Assembly (NCBI RefSeq): GCF_009914755.1
Contig: NC_060936.1
DNA from: the human T2T-CHM13v2.0 reference genome, Homo sapiens
Strand: one strand, 5' to 3'
DNA length: 64,000 nt
Under the pieces are notes generated by a model, which worked only from the letters and a program-made list of their open reading frames with translations, searched no databases and was not told where the DNA came from. Made by a program: the position numbers and the translations under genes. Positions 49,475-63,731 of this stretch are shown in pieces (position 1 is the stretch's first letter; every line of letters starts with the position of its first letter).

Positions 49475-49832
49475 GTAAATGCAAACATTTAGAAAATGTA
49501 GGGTTTTTGTTTTGTTTTTGTTTTTGTTTTTAAACTGCTATTTAAATGTATCATGTATCCTCTTTTAAGGAACAGAAGGAATCTGTGATTTGGGGGGGAT
49601 ACTATATTCTTCCCCTTCCCTCTTCTTCTCTTTCCTCTTCTACTTCTGCCTTCTTCCCTCTCCCTCCCCACTCTTTACCCTTATGCTGTCTGACCCAACA
49701 AACCTCAGTTACAGCAACCCAGATGCTTGTATAGCATGTAAGTGTGTATGTGGGGCAAGGAGGCAGAAGGATGGTGAGTGTTTTGGAGAGGAATGAGACC
49801 TGAAATACAGGTCTAGTTAAAAGAAGTCTTAG

Positions 49833-50165
<333 letters not shown>

Positions 50166-51885
50166 CCTTATATAGTGGAACTTGGGAGGGAGGGAAAGAT
50201 AGAGATCACGGGGACAGAGTGATTGTGGCAAGGGCTTAAATGCCTTCTTTTAAAAAGTTTTCCCTTAATTCACTGGAATCCAATAAGTTCCAGACTGCAA
50301 TGTTGAGAAAGTTGGGATATAAGGAAGAAAACATGCGTGCACGTGCATGTGTGTGTGTGTGTGGTGGCCTCCACTTCCTTCAGGCCCCTCAGATCCTTCC
50401 TATCCACCCAGCAATCTCTTGGAAAAGAGCTTGCTATTGGTCCTAGACCATCTCAAGGCAATACAAGGAACTGACATCCTGAGGTTGCCTAGTATAAAAA
50501 TCAATCAAATTCTAATTTGTCAACATAAATAACATCTATAAGGAAAACAAGAAATCTTAGTTTTGTGTTAGTGCTAATTTGATACTGATTTTTGTGTTTT
50601 GCTATTGTTTTCTGTTTTCTTTTATTGGGTAGGATCTAGTCACAGAGAACAATTTATTGAGAATTAAACTATATTAACTTACCTTGGGAAAAATCCAGAG
50701 GTTACTCTAAAGCAGTGGGGGAGAACATATAGTTCCTAAATTTTATAGCTACCTATATAACTACCTATATAAAGCATACAGATTCTTGTTTTCTGCCAAA
50801 GGAACACTTACTCCTTTGGAATTCCACATAGAATCTAAACTCTAAATCATTCCACATTTGTGACTAACTTTTTTTTTTAAAGCCTTCTCTAAGTGAGGTG
50901 GCAGAATGCATTGAGTTGTATTAATTAAACATGAGTTCTTAGTTTTATGGCCTCCAGCAATATAGCCTTGCTTTCTGGACCTTGTTGTAGCAACTCCTAT
51001 TCTCATTCTGATATAGTGACTCTCAGGATTTGAGCTGACTAAAGTCAGTAGCAGAAGTGAGCCATGAACTTGAAACATTGAGGGCAAAACTGATAAACAG
51101 GAGTCGTGAGTCATAGCACAAGACACTGCCACAGAAAATTGTGGTGTAGCAGCTGCTATAAATTTCACAGTGTGATCATGAGAGGTGAGGAGGGAAAGGA
51201 TGAAGGGCACAGAATATCTGGGAAAATGGCAATATTTCTGTTTCTCTGAGGAACCCAGAGGAAGGGCAGGATCATTAGAGGGATTTTGTCCTTCCTCTGC
51301 TTCCTGACATGCCCCCATTCCTTAGACTATTGTTGAGTAAAACCAGCAGAGTTACATTCACTGCATTTCCAAATTGAGTTTATTTTCTCCTAAGGCTCCT
51401 TGGGGCCAAGTCAGTGCTGGAGAGGGCGGAATGTCCCTGCTAGATGTCATAAGTTTTACTTTTAACATTCCTGTGGAATCTTACTTGATTCTCTGGTTTA
51501 ATTCTTTTTCTTGCTCCGGCTTTTGTCAGATTCTGTAGAACCAAATTGATTTTACGTGCCCTGCTGCGTCTGTTGTTCTAGTGTTATTATTCTTTTGTTC
51601 TCAGGGCAAGATTTACATACTATTTTGAGGTATGTACAATGTTTCTAGTATCATACTGGGGTCTGAGCCACTACCAAAAAAGCAAGAAGTAAAAATAAAA
51701 AAGAGAGCTCTATGGATCTATTAAAACTGAAGTTTTTCAAACTGACATTCCATTGGTGGAGAGTGCTGCTAGAGAATTTTGTTGCTATATGTAGAATCTA
51801 CAGGCCTATGGAAAATATCCCTCTTATGCTGTTAAACGGTCATCTTTCAGTGAGATGCTTACGTAGAGTTCACCTCCTATCTTAG

Positions 51886-52210
<325 letters not shown>

Positions 52211-52231
52211 TGAATAAAATTCAGAGGAATT

Positions 52232-52534
<303 letters not shown>

Positions 52535-52589
52535 TTAATGAGTGTAAGTCTAAGGCTACAAATCTGGCAGAGCCAAATTTTAAATTCTA

Positions 52590-52891
52590 CTCCAGTGGGC
52601 ATGGTGGCTCACACCTGTAATCCTAGCACTTTGCGAGGCCATGGCAGGTGGATTGCTTGAACCCAGAATTCAAGACCAGCCTGGGCAACATGGCAAGACC
52701 CTGCCTCTACAAAAAAATACAGAAATTAGCTGGGTGTGGTGGCGCACACCTGTGGTCCCAGCTACTCGGGAGGCTGAGGTGAGAGAATCCCCTGAACCCA
52801 GGAAGTAGAGGCTGCAGTTAGCCGTGATCACACCACTGCACTCCAGCCTGGGCAACAGAGCGAGACTCTGTCTCAAAAAAAAAAAAAAAAA
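52590..52891 (+). mobile_element. Alu (AluJ)
   Basis: Full Alu. Confidence 0.9.
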
Positions 52892-53079
52892 TCCACATCA
52901 ACTCACCTTCAAAGTCACTTATAGAAATATCGTATTTGACAGCTTCCAGAATCCATTTTGCATATGTTCAACAAGACAACTTTTTCTACTAATTGTCTTC
53001 TGGTTTCTTTTCTATACATATTTAAAAATTTTTTTGAATTGACATACAGAATGTACATTGTATGACCGTGGATATTTAA

Positions 53080-53187
53080 ATTTATTTATTGTGATGAGGT
53101 CTCACTATGTTGCCCAGGCTGGTCTTGAACTCCTGGGCTCAAGTGATCCTCTCGCCTTGGTCTCCCAAAGTGCTGGGATTATAGGCT
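53080..53187 (-). mobile_element. FLAM/Alu monomer
   Basis: Single antisense monomer. Confidence 0.8.
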
Positions 53188-53941
53188 TAAATATATTTAA
53201 AATAGTGAGATGCTTTCTTATTATCTCTTTTTTTTTTCTATCTGGGACTTCAAGATTATTCTTGATAGAGAAAATAAAATGGAAATTAAATTTCTCTGTT
53301 ATTTTCTCATTTTTGTGTTAACATTATGGCATCAGCCCTTGCTTCTTCTTGCCCTATGAGTATATCTTTAGATGTTTGGATATATTCAAATTCTTGATTT
53401 TTCTTGCCATTTTTCCCCCACCAAGCTCAGTTCATCCTGGATGTTGTTAGCCTGGTTCCTTATAGTTATTGGTATGTTATTTTAAAGTATGCATTCGTTA
53501 GTGAGTTCCCAGTGAAACTGCTTTGATTTCTTTAAATCTATTCTGATGCTCCTTGCCCTATAATATCTCTCTTCCTCATTATCATAATTTGGAATTATAT
53601 GATCCAACTTTACTCTTGCAACAACCTCTCATTCAACTTTACCTATCTTCCTGACCTTGGGATTCCCCGAGCTTTTGATGTCGGCTTCTCACATATTTAG
53701 GATTTACATCTAATAATATCCAAAGTTTCCTTCTTTGGGTGCAGCAATGCAAACACTATGGTAACATGGTCACTTTTCTGTATATTTTTAATCAGGTAAT
53801 GAAAACAGCTTGGTTTCTTTCAGACAGTCATGAGTGTGCTTTTACTATATTTCTTACTAGCTATGCGAACTTCAACAACTTTCTTAACCTTTTTGACTCT
53901 CAGTTTCCTCATGTACAAAGTGAAGATAAAACTTTCTAGAC

Positions 53942-54240
53942 TGTCCGGGCGTGGTGGCTCACGCCTGTAATCCCAGCACTTTGGGAGGCCGAGATGGGTG
54001 AATGATTTGAGGTCAGAAGTTCAAGACCTGGCCAACATAGTGAAACCCCATCTATACTAAAAATACAAAAATTAGCTGGGTGTGGTGGCACGTTTCTGTA
54101 ATCCCAGCTACTCAGGAGGCTGAGGCAGGAGAATCACTTGAGCCCCGGAGGCAGAGGTCGCAGTGAGCCGAGATCAGGCCACTGCACTCCAGCCTGAGAG
54201 ACAGAGTGATACTCTGTCTCAAAAACACAAAAAACTCAAA
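53942..54240 (+). mobile_element. Alu (AluS), preceded by a MIR fragment (~53800-53935)
   Basis: Full Alu; MIR core CTCAGTTTCCTCATGTACAAAGTGAAGATAA upstream. Confidence 0.88.
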
Positions 54241-54569
54241 AAACAATATAAAGCCCAGAGCCAAAAATAACTTTTACTTTGCTCTTCTGTGTCCCAAGAC
54301 ATACAATTTCAGTAAAATATGCATCACAGAGTAAATTATGACTTGTTGAATTGAGTATATTGTTTATGAGGAAATCTGAGATGACATGTCAGAAGATTCA
54401 AAGAAATGGCTGGAAACACAGCATAGATGGTAGGGGAATTGCTTTACTCTGGAGGTCTTCACAGTCTGGTAATGTGCATCTTTTGTCACGCTTCTTTATA
54501 ATCAGATTAAGCAGCTAGTGTCAACTGCATAACAAGGGATGGGCATGATAAGCTAGGATATTTCCACTA

Positions 54570-55010
54570 TTTTTTAACTTAAAAAATTGTGGGAAAATAT
54601 GCATAGCATAAAATGTACTATTTTAACCATTTTCAAGTGTACAATTGAGTGGCATTAAGTACATTCACATTGTTGTACAACCATCACTACCATCATCTCC
54701 AGAACTTTTTCATCATCCCCAGTTGAAGCTCTGTACCTCTTAAACAATAACTCCCCTCCCTCTAGCCCCTGGTAATCACTATTCTACTTACCATATCTAT
54801 GTATTTGCCTATTCTGTCCTTTAGTGTCTCACTTATTCACTTAGAATACTGTTTTCAAGGTTCTTCCGTGTTGTAGCATGTATCAAAGTTATGGCTGAAT
54901 AACATTCTATTATATGGATATACTACATTTTGTTTGTCCATTTATTCATCAGTGGATACCTGGGATGCTTCAACCTTTTGACTGTTGAGAGTAAGGCTGC
55001 TGTGAATTTG
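54570..55010 (-). mobile_element. L1MB-like 3' fragment
   Basis: AGTGGCATTAAGTACATTCACATTGTTGTACAACCATCAC. Confidence 0.75.
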
Positions 55011-55526
55011 GATATCCATCTATTGACAGACACTGTTTCCACAAGCTTTTAAAAAGTGGAGCAAATGATGGTTTACGGAGCAGGGCTTACTGACTTTTAG
55101 CATTGTGTACTTACACAAAATTATAGGGAAAATTCTTATTGATATTAAGCTCTAGTAATTTGTAACCTGTCAGATTTTCCTTTGAAATTTCTTAACGTTA
55201 TTTGCATGTTTTTAGATGATGGTAATTAATGTGTTCATATTATAGGATATCTGAAAAGTCTGGAAACAGGCTAAACTTATTTTTAAACAGTATGTTGGTT
55301 ACATTTTCAAGTAATATGCTCTATATTTTTACTCAATCTTGAGACATGTTTTCAAGTGAAACATCTCTAAATTTAAAGCAATAGATATAATTATTTTTAG
55401 ACCTTATGAGTACTCTGTATTGTAAATTTTTTTCAAATTAGTAATTACATCCTTTGCTTTAAATACTTCACCTGAAAAAGTGTCTGAAGAAAAACATATT
55501 AATGATATTATTTTAAAATATGAGAC

Positions 55527-56012
55527 TGTAGGGTTCCCCAGTGCCTGGCTTTCTTTCTGTGTATTGGCTGAAAATCGCAGAGGGCCTTGACCGCTCTGTG
55601 ACCCGCCCAGCTACAGGTTTTTCCCCTGCAGGCTCTACCCAAACCCCAGCCTTGAACATTTCCAGTCACTGATAAAGGTATCTAGGTTGCTGCTCAAAAC
55701 ACTGAAATAAACTAGCCCCAGCCCTAAGTCAGATTCCTTAAACCCTCATAAAATCTCCATCTCTGACCCCCTGGCCGTGGACATATGTAGGTCAAATGCT
55801 CCTTTTCTCTGGCTGTCCATCGTGAGTGTTGCTGCAGCCCTCTGTAACTTCCCCTAATAGATGCTTTGCACAGATCACCTTGACATTTAGTGCTTTATTC
55901 TATGGTATCCCAACCAACCCCATCTCATGATGATTTGGGGTCCTCCCTTGTGGGAATTCCCCTGTCGCTGCTTTTGGGATGATTTCAGCCATGGGTTTGG
56001 TGGGACAAAACA
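55527..56012 (+). mobile_element. ERVL-type solo LTR (LTR47-like)
   Basis: TGTAGGG...AAAACA termini; 5-bp TSD GAGAC/GAGAT. Confidence 0.6.
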
Positions 56013-56755
56013 GAGATATACTGCCTAAAAATACATTTATCCTATGTTTTTAGGTGTTTTGGAACCCATTATTTTGTATTCTGCTTTTATCAAATAGCAT
56101 TATTTCATTCTTGGTTTTTGCTAAGCATTAAATTATTCCAGGTAATAAAAAGTTGCAACCAGATTTTATTTTATTTTTTATTTAGTTTTAAATATTATTT
56201 TTATACGTCTTGCATCATTCCACTATTGCTTAAATCTTTTCATATTCTTAGATAAAATTCTCCTTGTTTTCAATTGTCATGAGCTGTGAGCATATTTATA
56301 GAAATCATTTTGCTTGCAGTTATTTATTTACATTATATTCCCTAAAATTAAGTTGGCTAATCAAAAGATAAGATTTTATAGTTTTGATGTATTATTAGTT
56401 TTTCTTAATATGGGTTGAAATAACTTACATACATTCTGTAAACCATTTTAATTTGGAAGTTTAAGGGGTATGCTTTGTGCCTTAATGATATTTTAATTTC
56501 AATTAAAAATACTACATACAGAAGTGTATGTGGAAGGTATAAATGTTGAACTAAAAAAGCAAAAAAGGAAAAGAAAAGAAAAAGTGCCCTTGATTTTATT
56601 TGTTTGGGTTTTATCTTCACTTTGCTTTTAGGGTTTGCATTTTTTCTAAAATATAAGCAAACATTACAAACTCTAAGTGACATAACACCTAAGTGTTCTA
56701 GCTCACACCCTCTCTGGGTGACAAGAGTTCTCAGTTACCACCTTTACCTATACTT

Positions 56756-57052
56756 TTGTTGTTGTTGTTGTTGTTGTTGTTTGAGACTCTCACCCAGGCT
56801 GGAGTGCAATGGCACAATCTCATCTCACTGCAACCTCCACCTCCTAGGCTCAAATGACCCTCCTGTCTCAGCCTCCTAAGTAGCTGGGACTACAGGCATG
56901 TGCCACCATGCCCAGCTAATTTTCATATTTTTTGTATTAATGGAGTTTTGCCATGTTGCCCAGGCTGGTCTCGAACTCCTGGGCTCAAGAGATTTTCCTG
57001 CCTTGGCCTCTCAAAGTGCTGGAAGTACAGATGTGAGCCACTGCACCAGACC
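56756..57052 (-). mobile_element. Alu (AluJ) with (GTT)n tail
   Basis: Antisense Alu. Confidence 0.88.
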
Positions 57053-57094
57053 GATTTGTACTTTCATGCTGCTTCTATATTCTCTCTCTTTCTA

Positions 57095-57096
<2 letters not shown>

Positions 57097-57139
<43 letters not shown>
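57097..57139. repeat. (AC)~21 microsatellite
   Basis: Uninterrupted dinucleotide run in KLRG1 intron 3. Confidence 0.97.
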
Positions 57140-57140
<1 letters not shown>

Positions 57141-57884
57141 TATCCATGAGTACATAGAATATAAGGTTATTGTACTATGGTTTTGAAGGCCTCTTCCAAG
57201 TGGGAAGATTTTCGAGTGAAAGTGCCATAATAAACATTTTCAATATCCAGCCTCACCAATGAGAAGTTGTAAGAGGACTGACTGATCAAGTGATTTAGAA
57301 TTATATGGGTCTTGAGGGTAGTAAATGAGCACAGGATTGGGGTTTGTACGTGGGCATTACCTAATCCTAGCTCTGCAGATTCTAACTGAAATTTCTGAGC
57401 AAATCTTTATCAATTTCTGTGCTTCATTAGCTGCCGTTCCTCCTCTTGAAATGAAAGAAAAAGAAATGGACTGTTTTTCTCATTATCAGTGGAGAAATGG
57501 GGAATCACTCTTTTTTTCCTTTTGTTAATTTTATTTATTTTTTCAAATATTTAGCTTACAATTTTTGATTTGAATATACTCAAATTTTATATACTTTGAA
57601 TGCAGTAACATTTATTTTTGAATCTTTTAGATCATGGCTATCATTCACACCAATTTTGTGAAAATATTAAAAAAAATCCATTCTTTTTTTCCTAATTTAA
57701 ATAATTCTTTAAACAAGTTGGTTAAGAAATGCAAAAATTTTAAGCTATCTTGAAAATTACAGTGTCATTTCATCTGTCGTATACTTCATTCACTCTCCGG
57801 TCTACCTTCTTACCCCCAGCATGCACAGTTAAGTGCTCCACAGAGAGAAAGTAAAAAATACAGAGTTTGTGTTCAGAGGGTTTT

Positions 57885-58587
57885 TTTTTTCTTTTTCTTT
57901 TTTATTATTATTATACTTTAAGTTTTAGGGTACATGTTCACAATGTGCAGGTTAGTTACATATGTATACATGTGCCATGCTGGCGTGCTGCACCCATTAA
58001 CTCGTTATTTAGCATTAGGTATATCTCCTAATGCTATCCCTCCCCCCTTCCCCCACCCCACAACTGTCCCCAGAGTGTGATGTTCCCCTTCCTGTGTCCA
58101 TGTGTTCTCATTGTTCAATTCCCATCTATGAGTGAGAATATGCGGTGTTTGGTTTTTTGTCCTTGCGATAGTTTACTGAGAATGATGATTTCCAATTTCA
58201 TCCATGTCCCTACAAAGGACATGAACTCATCATTTTTTATGGCTGCATAGTATTCCATGGTGTATATGTGCCACATTTTCTTAATCCAGTCTATCATTGT
58301 TGGACATTTGGGTTGGTTCCAAGTCTTTGCTATTGTGAATAGTGCCACAATAAACACACGTGTGCATGTGTCTTTATAGCAGCATGATTTATAGTCCTTT
58401 GGGAATATACCCAGTAATGGGATGGCAGGGTCAAATGGTATTTCTAGTTCTAGATCCCTGAGGAATGGCCACACTGACTTCCACAATGGTTGAACTAGTT
58501 TACAGTCCCACCAACAGTGTAAAAGTGTTCCTATTTCTCCACATCCTCTCCAGCACCTGTTGTTTCCTGACTTTTTAATGATTGCCA
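57885..58587 (-). mobile_element. 5'-truncated L1PA (L1PA3-like), ~0.7 kb
   Basis: ORF2 C-terminus, 3'UTR and poly-A; 17-bp TSD TGTGTTCAGAG(G/A)GTTTT at 57868-57884 and 58588-58604. Confidence 0.93.
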
Positions 58588-58668
58588 TGTGTTCAGAGAG
58601 TTTTAACTTCTTGCAGCATAATACCTAATTGTGTGTTCTTTATTTCTATAGATACTTATTAAACATAA

Positions 58669-58974
58669 TTTTTTAAAAAAGAGATGGGATCTTGCTCTGT
58701 TACCCAGGCTGGAGAGCAATGGCATGATCACAGCTCACTTTAGCCTCAAACTCCTGGGCTCAAGTGATCCTCCTCCCTGCCTCTGCCTCCCAAGTACATG
58801 TCACCAAGTACAAGCACATGCCACCATGCCTGGTTGGCTACATTTTTTACTTTTCGTAAAGATAGAGTGTTACTATGTTGTCCAGGCTGGTCCTGAACTC
58901 CTGGCCTCAAGTAATCCTCTCACCTTGGCCTCCCAAATTGCTGGTATTACAGGCAGGAGCCACTGTGCCTGGTC
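58669..58974 (-). mobile_element. Alu (AluJ)
   Basis: Degenerate antisense Alu. Confidence 0.88.
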
Positions 58975-59149
58975 TGCATTTATTGAGTATAATTTTATAT
59001 ATTTTTCTAGGTGCTAGGGATATGGTAGTCAAGAGTTGTTGCTATTATAATGTTTACATTTTATTTATTATTTTTAAGGAAAATGATATTTTAAATTTAG
59101 TTTTGTTATTAACATTTTTTTAAATTGGCACATAATAATTATATATATA

Positions 59150-60370
59150 GGGTATTTATCCGAAGGAAATAAAATCAGTATGTTGAAGAGATATGTTCAC
59201 TCTCATATGTATTGTAGCAATATTGACAATAGCCAAGATATGAAATCAACCAAAATGTTCAACAACAAATAAATGGATAAATGAAACTAACACAAGAACA
59301 GAAAACCAAACACCGCATGTTCTCACTTATAAGTAGGAGTTGAACAATGAGAACACATGGACACAGGGAGGGGAACATCACACACCGGGCCTGTCGGGGG
59401 GTGGGGGGCAAGGGGAGGGATAGCACTAAGAGAAATACCTAATGTAGGTGACTAGTTGATGGGTGCAGTAATCCACCATGGCACGTGTATACCTATGTAA
59501 CAAAACTGCACATTCTGCACATGTGCCCCAGAACTTAAAGTATAATAATAAAAAATGAAATAAAGAAAATGTGTATGTATACACCATAGAATACTAATCA
59601 GCCATGGAAAATAAAGAAATCCTGTCATTCATAGCAGAATGGATGGAACTAGAGGACACTGTGTTAAGTGAAATAAACCAGGAACAGAAAGTTAAACACT
59701 GCATGTTCTCGCTTATGTGAAAACTAAAAAAAATGTTGACCTCAGAACAGACGATACAAGAAGCTGAGAATGGCTGGGGATGGGGAGGTTAGGGAGAGTT
59801 ATGTTAAAGGATACAAAATTACAGCTAGATAGGCAGAATAAGTTCTAATGTTCTATAGCAATGGTCTCCAAGATGTTTAGCACCAGGCACCAGTTTCGTG
59901 GAAGACAATTTTTCCATGGACCGTTGCTGGGGGCTGGTTTCAGGATGAAACTGTTCCACCTCAGATCATCAGGCATTAGTTAGATTTTCTTAAGGAGCAG
60001 GCAACCTAGATCCCTCACATGTGCAGTTCACGATAGTGTTTGTACTCCTATGAGAATCCAATGCCACCGCTGATCTGCTGATCTGACAGGGGGCAGAACT
60101 CAGGCGGTAATGCTGGCCCGCCTAGCCGCTCACCTCCTGCTGTGCAGCCCAGTTCCTAATAGGCCACAGACCAGCACCTTGCATGGCCTGAGGGTTGGGG
60201 ACCCTTGTTCTATAGCACTGCAGGGTAATCTATAGTTAACAACCATTTATTGTATATTTTCAAATAGCTAGAAGAGAGGATTTTGAATGTTCCCAACACA
60301 AAGAAATAGTAAATGTTTGAAGTGATAGGCTAATTATCCTGCTCTGATCATTACACATTGCATACATGTT
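59150..60370 (+). mobile_element. L1MA-like 3' end hosting an L1PA7-like 3' fragment (~59284-59555) and MER1B
   Basis: L1 ORF2-end and 3'UTR motifs; nested younger 3'UTR ending GAACTTAAAGTATAATAATAAAAA. Confidence 0.75.
59859..60207. mobile_element. MER1B (hAT-Charlie MITE)
   Basis: Degenerate TIRs CAATGGTCTCCAA / TTGGGGACCCTTG; perfect 8-bp TSD TTCTATAG; 349 bp. Confidence 0.85.
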
Positions 60371-60384
60371 ACGTGTGCTTTCAT

Positions 60385-60800
60385 TTTCTTCGGAAGAGAC
60401 AGACTAAATAAATGAATATGGTGATATGTGCTTTAAAGAAAATGAAACAGTATGATATAATAGTAAATGTGAATACTATTTTAGATTGGTTAGTTAAGGA
60501 AGGCCTCTTTGGGGAGGGAACATTTGAGTTGATATCTAGACCTGATTGACAGCCATGTAGAAATCTCGGGTAAGATATTCCAGGCAGAGGGAAAAGCTAT
60601 GCAAAGACCTTAAAGCAAGAATGACCTTGGCATGTTAAAGGAAAAGAAAGAAGGCTCATGTGGCTGGAACCTAGGAAGTGAGTAAATGGTTAGTAGGGGC
60701 TAGATTGTGTAGGACTGTGCGTACATAGTAAGGATTTTAGATTTTATTCTATGTGAAAAGTGAGACTACTGGAGAACATTAATCAGGGGCACAGAGTGAT
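60385..60800 (-). mobile_element. L2 fragment
   Basis: AAGGAAGGCCTC...ATTCCAGGCAGAGGGAA...GCAAAGACCT...GGATTTTAGATTTTATTCT. Confidence 0.6.
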
Positions 60801-61425
60801 TAAAAGTTTAGCACTGGGAGAGAAAAGTTGGATGATTATTTGAAAAGGAGACTTGGATGAATTCTTTCACCCACATGACCTTGTCTTCTCATCTCTAAAG
60901 GTGAGGATAATAATAGTTGCCTACCTTCCAAGATTGTCAAGAATTTCATAACTGGAAAGAATCCTAGAAAATATCTAACCTAAATCCTCATAAAGAAGTT
61001 GACGCTCAGCCAGATTAAACCACCTGCTTATCTTCAGATAGGAGGACAGAGCTAGGAGGCTCCAGAATTTTGTTTCTGCTTTGTTTTCCTAAATGCCATA
61101 CTGTATATTCAGTATTTCAAATGATACTGGGAATGAACGCAAAGGGATTTTGCAAACCTTAGAGTACAATACAAATGTAAGAGATAATTGTTTTCAGGAT
61201 ACTGGGCTCTGAGAGAACAAAGTTATCATAAGGAATAGATTATTTGGGAAGAAAAGCACTGATAAACAAGTTGTACTGATTTTTCAAATGCTTTGTCTAG
61301 GAGCCACCACAGTCATGTCCTGAATGGAAACAGGACTGAAACCCAGTGAAGAGAAAATAGAGGTTATTCTGACCATGAGAAATAGCACAAAAGACTCCTT
61401 TTCTCTCCTGTAGTGTCTCCACTAG

Positions 61426-61764
<339 letters not shown>

Positions 61765-62673
61765 CTCCCTTAACTTTAGAAGAGCAACTCTTTATTTGTG
61801 CTGATGCAGGGTCCAAGTAGGCAAAGAGACAGTTAAGAGCAGAGCCCATAAATGTTTACTCTTCAGCAACCATCTTTCAGGAGTGGAATAAAAACAACAT
61901 CAAAATGGGACATCTGGTGGTATCATAATCACCATAGGCAGTTGAAATTGTATTGCTTTCTTAGTAGTTTCTAGATAAAAAAGAATATTTTATTCCAAAG
62001 GTATTTAACCAATTAAGCTGTCATTAGAAAATATTGAAAGTGTAATTGTTAATTACACCAACACTAAATCCTACAACAAAATTACCTTGGATTATCTTTC
62101 TAACCTTTTATTTTAATCTATTTTAATCTTTAACATTTTATTTTATTTCATTTATAGAGGCAATTCTCTTTGGATATAAACTTCTTCATTTGAATGTCAG
62201 ACTTTGCAGATCAAAGTCTTTTATCTCTGTTCTGTTGGGTAACGTGGCACACATAAGTGGTGTAGCCAATTTACCTTTACCTTAAACTTGTTCCCTTAAG
62301 AACTGTTTTTTTCTTGCCACATACAAGATTGATGAGGATGCGGAAAATGAGACCTCAGTGGGGAAAAAAACAAGAATATTGCTATAGGCTTAATCGTAAT
62401 TTATATATTTAAGGATGATGGGAAAGATGACCACTTCTGCAGCAAATGTTTAGCTTCTTTCTTTTGAAATAATCTGAATACCTATCAGGTGCTCCCTTTA
62501 ATTAAGGAGAAAATTGCAATGGAAGGTAGAGATGTAATATTATCTTATTTGCTACATTATAAGAATCCAGTTATTGACAGAAAGGTCAATTCTAGGATGC
62601 TGCTCCTCTCTACAGCTAACACATCTTTAGAATTAGATGTTAAATGAGAAATTAGTTATTTAGAGTGAATAAT

Positions 62674-63025
62674 TGTCTTAGCTTGGGCTGCTCTAACAAA
62701 ATACCATAGACTGGATCGCTTGAACAACAGATGTTTCTCTCTCTCAGTTCTGAAGGCTGGAAAATCCAACATCAAGGTTCTCTGGCTCCTGGTGAGGACC
62801 TACTTCTGGCTTGCACATGGCTGCCTTTTTGTTGTATCCTCACTTGGCAAAGAGAGTGCTTTGATCTCTTCCTCCTCTTATAAGGACACTAATTGCATCA
62901 TGGAGGCCCCACCCTCATGGCCTCATCTACACCTAATTACTTGCTAAAGGCTTCACCAGCAGATTTCATCACATTAGGGGTTAGGGGTTCAACATATTGA
63001 TTTTAGGACGCATTCAGTCCTTAAG
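62674..63025 (-). mobile_element. MaLR LTR (MLT1A-like)
   Basis: TGTCTTAGCTTGGGCTGCTCTAACAAAATACCATAGACTGG...CATTCAGTCC. Confidence 0.75.
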
Positions 63026-63168
63026 AGTGGTGATGATGGAGGCTGTAAGGAATGCTAGTTTGTCTTTTAATTAATTACTTAACTTAGTATTAGGAATCCA
63101 ATGTGGAAAGGAATAATTGTTTGACTGTGACACTAGGTCCCTTTTTTGGTTTTCAACCTCTCCCTTAG

Positions 63169-63269
63169 AGCCTGCTCCAAGTTTTCCTCAGTGAGGCCTT
63201 TTGCTGGATTGGTCTGAGGAACAATTCTGGCTGGAGGTGGGAAGATGGATCACCTCTAAACTTCTCAAG
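63169..63269 (+). CDS. KLRG1: KLRG1 coding exon 4: CTLD with WIGL motif
   Basis: Acceptor CCCTTAG; SLLQVFLSEAFCWIGLRNNSGWRWEDGSPLNFS; 101 nt; donor GTAAGG at 63270. Confidence 0.97.
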
Positions 63270-63619
63270 GTAAGGGGCTTCAAAGGAATGCAAAAAAAGA
63301 GAGAGAGGAAAAAGGAAAGCCAAATTATGATACTTGGGGAATAGATAAAGAAGAGCAGATGGAGAGGAGAGGAAAGAATGAAAAGGAGAGGAAATAGGGA
63401 ACAAGGAAGGGAATGAACAATGGGTAAGGGCAAAAAAAAAAAAAAAAAGGATAACATTTTAAAGAGAGGCTGATGAACAATTTTAATTCTTCTGCTGTTT
63501 GGGGGAATTAGGGGCCTGAATAGGGAGACAGAATTTGCTTCATTTTTATCCCTTCATGCCTTTCAACTCCTTTTCTGTGCATGCGGCCTTAAGTGATTGA
63601 CTTTTCTGATTTCTTACAG

Positions 63620-63731
63620 GATTTCTTCTAATAGCTTTGTGCAGACATGCGGTGCCATCAACAAAAATGGTCTTCAAGCCTCAAGCTGTGAAGTTCCTTT
63701 ACACTGGGTGTGTAAGAAGGTCAGACTTTGA
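63620..63731 (+). CDS. KLRG1: KLRG1 coding exon 5: CTLD C-terminus and stop (189-aa form)
   Basis: Acceptor TTACAG; [37 protein letters not shown]. Exon lengths 82+105+170+101+112 = 570 nt. Confidence 0.96.

Noticed and set aside
50332-50363. Alternating purine-pyrimidine tract (Z-DNA potential)
   Set aside because: Short and common; no evidence of function.
50842-51318. 158-aa minus-strand ORF in intron 3
   Set aside because: No recognisable family. An antisense lncRNA cannot be supported from sequence alone.
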